A stretch of 64,000 nucleotides of DNA from contig JAJEHF010000215.1 of assembly GCA_022823865.1 (NCBI GenBank), positions 2,924-66,923 on the forward strand. The letters are read 5' to 3'. Made by a program: the position numbers and the translations under genes. The DNA comes from Bryobacterales bacterium (GTDB lineage: Bacteria; Acidobacteriota; Terriglobia; Bryobacterales; UBA6623). This document shows positions 1 to 7,800 of this stretch, piece by piece (position 1 is the first letter of the stretch; each line of letters begins with the position of its first letter). The notes beneath the pieces are model-generated. The model was not told the DNA's origin. It ran no database searches and worked only from the letters and a program-made list of their open reading frames with translations.

Positions 1-471
1 ATGCTAGCGATTCCATTGAAGAGCTACTGGAAGCCCGTGATCATCTTGAGCGCGATTCCCTTCGGGATGGTCGGTGCGATCTGGGGCCACGCGATCCTAG
101 GCATGGAAGTGAGCTTCCTGTCCATGTGCGGGATGGTGGCACTGGCAGGCGTGGTCGTCAACGACGCCTTGGTGATGGTTGCGTTTATCAACAAGAACGC
201 GCTCCGGAGAGCATCCCTGAAGAACGCCGTGCGACAGGCGGGCGAGGCGAGGTTCCGGGCGATCCTGCTGACCTCCCTGACTACCGCGGCGGGAGTGACG
301 CCGTTGATACTCGAGGAGAGTCTGCAGGCCCAGTTCTTGATTCCAATGGCGGTGGCCCTAGCCGCGGGCGTTCTGTTCGCTACTGCAGTGACGCTGGACT
401 TGGTCCCAGCGCTGTACCTCGTCATGGACGACATCCGGTCAGTGACTCGATGGATCGTTCACGGCACGTAG
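1..471 (+). CDS. RND (AcrB/HAE-type) efflux permease, C-terminal fragment; 5' end lies outside the window
   Basis: The ORF is open to the window edge. The sequences ...GMVALAGVVVNDALVMVAFINK... and ...AILLTSLTTAAGVTPLILEES... look like the last TM bundle of RND pumps. TAG stop at 469-471. Confidence 0.85.
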   Translation: MLAIPLKSYWKPVIILSAIPFGMVGAIWGHAILGMEVSFLSMCGMVALAGVVVNDALVMVAFINKNALRRASLKNAVRQAGEARFRAILLTSLTTAAGVTPLILEESLQAQFLIPMAVALAAGVLFATAVTLDLVPALYLVMDDIRSVTRWIVHGT

Positions 472-499
472 GATCCTGCACGGTAGCTTCCACTCGACA

Positions 500-515
500 C
501 CCAAGGGCCCTTGGG
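500..515. terminator. Candidate stem-loop after the RND gene
   Basis: 16-bp perfect GC-rich palindrome CCCAAGGGCCCTTGGG about 29 nt after the stop codon. There is no T-tract, so this is only a candidate. Confidence 0.3.
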
Positions 516-883
516 GGCGGCTGGCCTTCTGTTTCGGAAAGTTGCTCACAAGAACGCTCAACCGATTCCGGGATCCTGTCGGAGGAGTTGCGCCGAACGA
601 GCAGCATGGGGTTATCGCGGCACACAACTAGATCCCATTCGATCTCCTTTCCTTGATCGCCTGCCTCGGGCAGCTTCAGGAATGCCCGCCAAGACACGCG
701 AACTCCCTTATGACTCCCGTGTCAGTTGTGATGTCGCGCTAGACAGAACGTAATGGTCTTGTGTCCATTGTGCATGGTCGCCAGACAGCCCGCAGCAGTT
801 CTGTGGGTCAATTGTGTATGATCGCTAGCACATCGGCGGATGACCGGAACGGACTTCGATAGCCATTTCGGACTTCAGGGAAT

Positions 884-2074
884 TTGGATTTCATGGATAA
901 GTCTGAGCGACTTCGCGTCTTGAACACTCTTGCCGAGCACATCGCTAACGGTACGACTGCTGATGCTGGCGGCATCATGCGTGTACCGATGTCGGATTTC
1001 ACATGCCCAAAGCTCCTTGCGCAAGAGCAGGATGTGTTTTTTCGAAACACACCTTTGTTTATGGGGCTTTCCTCCGACCTGCCCGGACCCAATACATATT
1101 GGTCAGACAACGCAACAGGTATCCCGATATTGATGGTTCGAGACGGTGAAGGCGCTTTCAGAGCGTACGCAAACGTCTGTAGACATCGAGGGAGTAAAGT
1201 CGTCCTCGAAGGACGCGGCTCAAAGACGCGATTTACTTGTCCTTTTCACGCTTGGACATATGGAGTCGATGGCAGTCTTTTGAGTGTCTACAAAGATGGC
1301 CACTTCGGGAACTTGTCCAATGAGGATCTACCGCTCATCACATTACCCTCTGCGGAGATTCATGGGACTTTGTGGGTACGACCCACTCAAGGCGATCCTA
1401 TCGATGAGCACGAGTGTCTAGGTGGACTCCAAGACGACTTGGCTCATTGGAACATATCAGAACATCCGATTGCCGGGACGCAAGTCATCGATGCGCGGAT
1501 GAACTGGAAATTGGCAATCGATTCATACGGCGAGATCTATCATCTAAACATCCTCCATGCCAAAACAGCGGCCAAAGAAGCGCTGGGAAACTTGCAGGTG
1601 ATCGACACTTTCAACAATAACCTTCGCATGGTCGTCGCGAATCAGAAATTCAAGCTGATGCGATTGTTCATGCCGAACATGGGCATTTGGCCTTACAGGC
1701 AGATAACAGAAACTACGTATTTCTTCTACCCAAACGTCTTAATGTTGGTGGACACGTTTGGCGTAGACGTCGTACGTATTTTCCCTCTCGAGGACTCACC
1801 TACGAAATCCAGAACGATCCATACTTGGTACATTCACCCCAACGTACAACAACATTTCGAAACCCATGGGATGTCGTACGAGGACAGGCTTAGAGCATTC
1901 AGGGATGCCGTCGCAAAAGAGGACTACGTAATGGGAGAGGATGTTCAATTGAACGCTGATATAGGGATTCAATCAGAGATATTTCTTGGGAGAAATGAGG
2001 GGGCATTGCAGCATTTTCACAATGTGCGCCGATCTGGAATTGGTCGTGATTTGCTGCCAGTTGAGGATGTGTAA
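884..2074 (+). CDS. Rieske [2Fe-2S] ring-hydroxylating oxygenase, alpha (catalytic) subunit
   Basis: Rieske motif CRHRG...CPFHAW and mononuclear-iron motif EIYHLNILH in a full-length 396-aa ORF. The gene looks AT-richer than its flanks by eye. Confidence 0.85.
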   Translation: MDFMDKSERLRVLNTLAEHIANGTTADAGGIMRVPMSDFTCPKLLAQEQDVFFRNTPLFMGLSSDLPGPNTYWSDNATGIPILMVRDGEGAFRAYANVCRHRGSKVVLEGRGSKTRFTCPFHAWTYGVDGSLLSVYKDGHFGNLSNEDLPLITLPSAEIHGTLWVRPTQGDPIDEHECLGGLQDDLAHWNISEHPIAGTQVIDARMNWKLAIDSYGEIYHLNILHAKTAAKEALGNLQVIDTFNNNLRMVVANQKFKLMRLFMPNMGIWPYRQITETTYFFYPNVLMLVDTFGVDVVRIFPLEDSPTKSRTIHTWYIHPNVQQHFETHGMSYEDRLRAFRDAVAKEDYVMGEDVQLNADIGIQSEIFLGRNEGALQHFHNVRRSGIGRDLLPVEDV

Positions 2075-2076
2075 CT

Positions 2077-2099
2077 GACGTCCGGTTGTTTAGGACGTC
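2077..2099 (+). terminator. Hairpin immediately after the Rieske gene
   Basis: Inverted repeat GACGTCC-N9-GGACGTC begins 2 nt after the TAA stop (2072-2074). No T-tract follows. Confidence 0.35.
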
Positions 2100-2696
2100 G
2101 AACGTCACCGGGAGGACAACCCCAGCGGGGAGTCAATCGGGGCGGCGCTGCCCAAGAACGGTCGAAGCGTGACTCACGCCCGGGCCTCGGCTCCCTAAGA
2201 TGGCGACCCGTCGCCGCAGGGGGAACTCGCGATCTCCTTGTCCCGGCCCGGAGCCTATAGCGCTTTCAGCGCCGGCTCGGAACACACTCGCCGGGCACGG
2301 TTCGGATCCCCGGCAGGCTTGGGCTTGCTGGCGTTGAACGGTGCCCAGGTTTCCGAGCTCGTGGCAGGCATCCCACGGGCCTCCGCCGTCGTGATGGTGC
2401 ACTGATCCCAGAACTGAGACGCCACTTGTCCTATCGTCGGTCAATGCGCTGAGAATTGCGCGCAGGCCGAGCGTGGGACCGCAAGATTTGACCTCCGGTT
2501 AACACCGTGGCCAGACACCGGTATCGTCCTTTGAGTCAATTGGTTGCCGGCCAGACCGGGCGAGCTTGCTAGCGCGAGGGGGGCGGGCCCTGAGAGCAGG
2601 TGACGATGCTAAGATTGTGGCAGCTTGTCGTGCACACAGCACATCGGACTAGCCCAACAAGCGGTAATCGACTGACATCTGTCGAAGTCATGTGCT

Positions 2697-3971
2697 GTGA
2701 TACTGCCGGGCAGCAAGTCTCTACGGAAGATCGCGGTTGTCGGGCGAGGGACCGCAGGCTCCTTGGCGGCCGCCAGCGTAGCGCGGCTTCACCCGGACAG
2801 CGACCACGAGTTACACCACATCTATGACTCGCGCATCCCGGTCATCGGAGTGGGCGAGGGCAGTTGGCCGAGCTTGGTCGAGCATTTGCAACAACTGACA
2901 GGCCTTCCCCATGAAGCCGTCCAACAGCGCTTGGATGGGACTCGCAAGTACGGTGTTGCATTCGAGGGATGGGGTCGGTGCAACCGACACTTCACCCACT
3001 ACTTCACGCCGCAACAGGTGTCCTACGCCTACCACCTATCCGCCGACTTGATGGCAGAACTGTTGCAGGAAAGCACGCGCGCGCGGCATATCGACGCGAG
3101 GGTACTCAATATCACCAGGGTGGAGGGTGGCGCGCAAGTGGAATTCTAGGGCCTAGCGCCGGAACGCTACGACCTAGTCTTCGACGCCCGCGGGTTTCCC
3201 CGAAAACTCGATCCCGACCAGCACATCGACATTTCTTTCATCCCGACCAATACGTCCGTTATCCGCCGCTGTCCGCCGATCATCAACGAAGAGCAGGACG
3301 GCCCGGTTCTGAAACCCACCTATACCCGGGCGGTGGCGCGTCCACACGGCTGGATATTCGTCATTCCGCTCACAGCACACACTTCCTACGGGTACATCTT
3401 CAACCGCGATGTATCCAGCCTTGGCGAAGTGGAATCGGACTTTGACGCGTTCCTAGAGGCCGACGGCGTCTCAGAATGCGAACAACGCGCCGTGATTCCG
3501 TTTCCCAACTTCGTGCACCGTCAGATCTATGATGGCGCGGTGGCCCGGATCGGAAACGCGGCAGCCTTCATGGAGCCCCTGGAAGCAACGGCGATCGTTT
3601 CAGCCCAGCTACAGATTGGGATGGTTCTCCACTTGCGCCTCAACCGTTCGGTGGAGCACCTTGAGCGCGACTCTCCGTTGGTCAATCGATTTCTGATCAA
3701 TAACATCCTCTGCTACGGCCTGTTCGTCGGTTGGCACTATGCCTGTGGCTCCACGTACGACAGCGAGTTCTGGCGTTACGCTCGCGACCGCGCCTGGACA
3801 AAGTTCCGCAAGGCGGCGGATCCCGAACTGGTGGGCTGCGACGCGCTCCGCAAGTTTGACGAAATGATCGAACTGATCAGCCAGCCGGTTATCGGCAAGG
3901 CGGACTGGAATCGTATGTGCGGGGTCCCCCTCACCAGTTATGCCCAGATATCCCAGGGTCTGGGCCATTAG
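2697..3971 (+). pseudogene. Flavin-dependent (tryptophan-halogenase-family) halogenase interrupted by one in-frame TAG at 3147-3149
   Basis: FAD fold GxGxxG (KIAVVGRGTAGS) and a degenerate WxWxIP halogenase motif (GWIFVIP). ORFs 2697-3149 and 3333-3971 share one frame, and the translation reads sensibly straight across the stop (...GGAQVEF*GLAPERYDLVFDARGF...). Confidence 0.75.
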
Positions 3972-4317
3972 CCACCCATCCTGCTTAGGCAGCGATCTTG
4001 GCATGGAGCCGTGTGTGTTGATTCTTGCACTGCACGGGGCTCGAATGTCCTGGCGCAGGGCGCAACCTGCGGGCGTTGCGGACCCCCTCGAACGTCTTCC
4101 AGCGCGCTCTTCGAGCTTCAGAGTCTTGCAGAAGCTCGCGGCCATGGCGTCGTCGACGGACTGCCAGCCGGCACCGAGACCCGACCAACCCACACACGTG
4201 CGAGAAGCAGCTCGCGAAAGCGCGTCGAGGCGCGCTGCAATCCGCGGGCGCTGTGACAGATGCACCCGGAAAACGGTCGGCGGCGAGTGGGCACAGCACC
4301 TCCGCGTGAGTCCGACA

Positions 4318-5436
4318 TTAGAGGGCGACCGCTCCGGAAAGCACCATGAACACGTAGGCTTTCGCTTTCCGCAGCCGATTTTCCGAGATGACCAGCTTGA
4401 TGTGGTGAATGCCTCGTAGCAGCACATAGCGCCCGGACTTCCCGAAGAGCGTGGTCGGTTTCGAGACCCAGCCGGCAAGCGCCGCTAGCTTCTCCGGAAC
4501 TACATGATCCTCGTGGCTCAGCGCTTCCAGAAACGGGTCCCAATCCGTCAGGCCATCGAGCCAGTACCGTGAGTCTTTCGTAAATCTCTGCTTGACGATA
4601 ACCGTGAGGCCGAGCGTCGGGCCGAGCCCCCCTTCCTGGACGTCGATATTCGCCCCGGTCCTGACAATGCTGACGCGCTCCTGGAAGCGTGCAAGCACTG
4701 ATTCGACGGCCGAGATCTGACCCGGCCAACCCGCGCTCTTGAGATAGGAACACAATTCCTGCTGCGACTTGAAGCCCATGATCGCCAAGCGGACCGCCCG
4801 CGAACGAGACGGGAACACACCGAACGAATCCATGCGCGTGTCTCCCGGCTGTGCCAGGTAAACGCGTTCGACGATCTCCCGCTGGGCGCCATTCGTCTCC
4901 CACCCCAAGCAAGAAGCGAGCGCGTCAACCACCACACCTACATCGTTGACCTGACCGCCGGCTCCGACGATCGGTCGTTCGCCGGGCCGAAGGAACATTC
5001 CCGGCAGCGAACATCCGCCGTCCCGCGCCGAGCCGATGTCATATTCCAACATCAGCTTGCGGCCGACAATGTCACGGAGAGGCGAGTGCTCGGCGTCCAT
5101 TTGGCTGAACAGCCGCACGATCGCCCTTGCGGTCTGATCCGTGTTGTCGGTCCGAGCCCGCTTTCGGAAGAAAGCCGCCGTTCTAGTTCCGCTCGCCAGA
5201 GACGCGCCAAAGTCCGCAGCTGGTTCGCGTGCATGCAGCGGCAGTTCGAAACCGAATGGAAGGGCACCCATCGTGATCGGAAGCGTCCTCGCGCATTCGA
5301 GTATTCGCTCCCACTCCGTATCTCCAATGAGAACGGGCGAGACTCTGTTTCGAAAGTGCCCGAGCAATTCGCCCATGGTGCCGCCCTCTTCCGCGAGACG
5401 GTCTTGGGTGAGTACGACTGCCTCGTCAATGTCCAT
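4318..5436 (-). CDS. Hypothetical protein, last gene of the YcaO operon; possible ABBA-type prenyltransferase-like fold (speculative)
   Basis: 372-aa ORF with a GAGGAG RBS, starting 9 nt after the YcaO stop. I can name no motif. Paired beta-strand-like segments (LGLTVIVKQ, IHHIKLVIS, KAKAYVFMV) give only a weak ABBA flavour. Confidence 0.5.
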   Translation of the reverse strand: MDIDEAVVLTQDRLAEEGGTMGELLGHFRNRVSPVLIGDTEWERILECARTLPITMGALPFGFELPLHAREPAADFGASLASGTRTAAFFRKRARTDNTDQTARAIVRLFSQMDAEHSPLRDIVGRKLMLEYDIGSARDGGCSLPGMFLRPGERPIVGAGGQVNDVGVVVDALASCLGWETNGAQREIVERVYLAQPGDTRMDSFGVFPSRSRAVRLAIMGFKSQQELCSYLKSAGWPGQISAVESVLARFQERVSIVRTGANIDVQEGGLGPTLGLTVIVKQRFTKDSRYWLDGLTDWDPFLEALSHEDHVVPEKLAALAGWVSKPTTLFGKSGRYVLLRGIHHIKLVISENRLRKAKAYVFMVLSGAVAL

Positions 5437-5445
5437 ACAGTCTCC

Positions 5446-7800
5446 TCAGGCAATTACAGGCACCGGATTCAGATCGGCCTCGGCCAAAGGTTGCTCGCGA
5501 CGCCCCATGCTGACAGGCACGTCGTACAGGCGTCCGGGGGCGAATCTTGCCCAAAAATGGCGCATGCCCGGGACGATGACCCGAGCCACTGGCATTCCTA
5601 TGTCCGGCCGGGTCTGATCCAGCACCAAGAATTCCATGCCCCTGGCTTCGACGAGTGCCCGGCAATTCTCCACATCTTCGCGCGTATCGGTCGATTCGAT
5701 CACTGAGTATTCTGAAGCCTTGCGGAGCGGCTCGTCTTCCGCCGGCGCCAGCCAGGGACAATCGGCGAGCCGAACGGTTTTCCACCACCAAAGCGCCAGC
5801 GGATCATCGATCATGGGCCGACCGTCGCGCCTCCCTGGACGGGGCAGCCAGGTAAGGCACTGGTTCAATTCGCAAATCGCGCGCAGGGCCGCTATGTTTG
5901 GGTCGGCGTGGGCACCGGCGCCGTAAATGATGTCCTCCGTTTGGGCGCCCGGTCTGCGCGAGAGCGCAACGAACGTGGGGATGCCGAGATCGGAAGTGAC
6001 GTCGAGCATCCACAGGTCCCGCTCGTAGCCACCGTAATAGTCCGGGGCCGACGCGAGGTACTCGTCGTTGAAGCCGGAAAGATCGACGCCGGGAACTCGC
6101 AGCCGGTTGTACCACCAGATGGCGAACGCATCGCGCTCGGCCAGTTCATAGAAGCCTTGCGCTATGGCTTCTTCCAAGGTATTGCCCGCGGCGCAGCCGT
6201 TGGAATCGGCGATCAGGTCCGCAGGGCCACGCTGTTCGGCCGGCATGCTGTAGAGCATCGACGTCGGAAGGTAACGATGTCGCTGCTGCGTAAGCGACCA
6301 CACAGGTGTCCAATCGAGCTCTGCATCGGGATCGAGACGCTGCGGGACGATGTTATACGGGTGGCCCTTCGCGTTGATGCTCTTCGCGTCGTCAAGCTGA
6401 TCGTCGCTGAACAGCTGAGCGTCGTTTGGATGGATCGCTTCCTCTCCGCTGGCGAAGTCGATAAACCGCTTGCGGACTCGGATCTCGTCCCCACAGCAAG
6501 CGCCCGAATGGCGCTCGACCGCCTCGCAGAGGGCGCTGGCCCTGGATTGCTCTCGTGTGCTGCCCTTGCCCGCGCTCTTACTGCGCAGGCTGCGCCTGAG
6601 CGAACTCAACGTCCGACTTCTCATGCCGAGATTGCTCCCGGCCCAATAGACATGCAGCCAGGAATCGGTCTCAGCGGTCGTCCGCGACAACCAAGTCACG
6701 ACACCGCTGATCGGGCTCACCAAGTGGCGGTATTTCGCCAACGTGACTTCCGGCGCCACGGTGCGCGCCCCGCCGCTGTTTCGGTGCGTCTTGGGGCTCG
6801 CCTTCAGGCTCAGCGCAGCTGGCGGTCGATCCGGCCGGTACAACGCTTCGTCCCCACAGGCCAGACACTGCGGCCGGCGCATTACCGAGTGCCGGGAGCT
6901 TTCGAGTGTGCCGACATTCATCGCGATCGCCTGTTTGTGAATCGGGGCCAGCTCATCCAGCACGAGCCACTTGACGATCTCCCCTGCGATCAGCCCGTAC
7001 AGCGCTTCGAGCACTGCGGGCTGAGCCGCGAACGGCTTGAATGCAGCCTCCTCGCCGGCCAAGTTGCGCAGGAAGTTGTGGACTTCCTGATGGCTGCGCA
7101 GGCGGTAAGCCAAGCAGTCCCAGCACGGTCCTTGTCTATCCGCATGAAATATGGGGCCGAACAGCGCCTCCATGCCACGGGGTCGCACCAGTGTCCACGG
7201 CGCTCCCGTCTCGAGGCGGCACCGATTCACCACTGCCAGGTGTGACGCGAGATAGTCGTCGCAGACAAGGACGGTGAGCGTGGGATCGACAGTCCCCACG
7301 CTGGCGCCGCTATCTTCCAACTGCCGGATTAGCCGGCCGTCGTCACCCTCAACCTTGATGCGCGATTCCGCCAGTCGCTGCTCGACCCAGCGCGGCGATG
7401 CACCAAGCGACGACCAGTAGGCCGCCCGGCATCGGTCCATGCCATGATCGGCAGAGACGACATAGCCTTTGGCCGAGAGCGCAACAATCGCCGCACGAAC
7501 ATCGGCTGCGGCATGTGTGCCCTCAAGGGCCGCGACAGTCTCTTGCTGGGGGTGCCGGCCATCGAGCAACGGCAGCAGACTGCGATACAGCTTGCCGTGC
7601 AGCAAGGTATTGAACGACTCGGAAACCAGCAGCATTTGCTGTTCGCCGATATGGCGAAATCGCAGGTGCGGGGCCAGCGCGGGAAGCTCGACGAGGCCCT
7701 GGTCCAACGGAGTCGTTCTGGTCAGAATCCCATGCCTGGGATTGATGTCCGTCTGCGCTGGCATCTGGGATTTGCGCGCCGGGTCAGCCGACAAGCTCAC
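5446..7800 (-). CDS. Fused E1-like (cyclodehydratase C-type) / YcaO (SagD-type) azoline-forming cyclodehydratase
   Basis: 784 aa. The N-terminal half carries CxxC pairs (GPCWDCLAY, RRPQCLACG). The C-terminal half is YcaO-like (...GKGSTREQSRASALCEAVERHSG..., ...NGCAAGNTLEEAIAQGFYELAERDAF...) with a Pro-containing C-terminal tail (NPVPV). Size and architecture resemble PatD/TruD-type fusions. The GTG start overlaps the upstream stop (GTGA at 7797-7800). Confidence 0.85.
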   Translation of the reverse strand: MSLSADPARKSQMPAQTDINPRHGILTRTTPLDQGLVELPALAPHLRFRHIGEQQMLLVSESFNTLLHGKLYRSLLPLLDGRHPQQETVAALEGTHAAADVRAAIVALSAKGYVVSADHGMDRCRAAYWSSLGASPRWVEQRLAESRIKVEGDDGRLIRQLEDSGASVGTVDPTLTVLVCDDYLASHLAVVNRCRLETGAPWTLVRPRGMEALFGPIFHADRQGPCWDCLAYRLRSHQEVHNFLRNLAGEEAAFKPFAAQPAVLEALYGLIAGEIVKWLVLDELAPIHKQAIAMNVGTLESSRHSVMRRPQCLACGDEALYRPDRPPAALSLKASPKTHRNSGGARTVAPEVTLAKYRHLVSPISGVVTWLSRTTAETDSWLHVYWAGSNLGMRSRTLSSLRRSLRSKSAGKGSTREQSRASALCEAVERHSGACCGDEIRVRKRFIDFASGEEAIHPNDAQLFSDDQLDDAKSINAKGHPYNIVPQRLDPDAELDWTPVWSLTQQRHRYLPTSMLYSMPAEQRGPADLIADSNGCAAGNTLEEAIAQGFYELAERDAFAIWWYNRLRVPGVDLSGFNDEYLASAPDYYGGYERDLWMLDVTSDLGIPTFVALSRRPGAQTEDIIYGAGAHADPNIAALRAICELNQCLTWLPRPGRRDGRPMIDDPLALWWWKTVRLADCPWLAPAEDEPLRKASEYSVIESTDTREDVENCRALVEARGMEFLVLDQTRPDIGMPVARVIVPGMRHFWARFAPGRLYDVPVSMGRREQPLAEADLNPVPVIA

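Noticed and set aside
2100-2696. The ~600-bp GC-rich spacer between the Rieske and halogenase genes, as a possible RNA gene or gene remnant.
   Set aside because: All six frames translate to low-complexity sequence. I could find no conserved RNA motif, terminator-promoter pair or repeat, so it is left unassigned.
3972-4317. ORFs in the convergent gap between the halogenase and the 372-aa gene (e.g. 3985-4299(-), 4011-4256(+), 4025-4309(+)) as candidate precursor or immunity genes.
   Set aside because: They overlap each other in several frames, lack RBSs, and are Arg/Ala/Ser-rich without motifs. They are most likely non-coding.
5908-7245. Very long ORFs antisense to confident genes. Examples: 5908-7245(+) opposite YcaO, 8253-9461(+) opposite AlkB, 19756-20829(-) opposite the acyl-CoA ligase, 22821-24326(+), 35017-35916(+), 47274-48476(+), 60857-61939(+), 62468-63715(-).
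   Set aside because: These are typical shadow ORFs of high-GC DNA. Their translations are Arg/Ala/Pro/Gly-rich low-complexity strings with no motifs, and the opposite strand carries unmistakable domain signatures.
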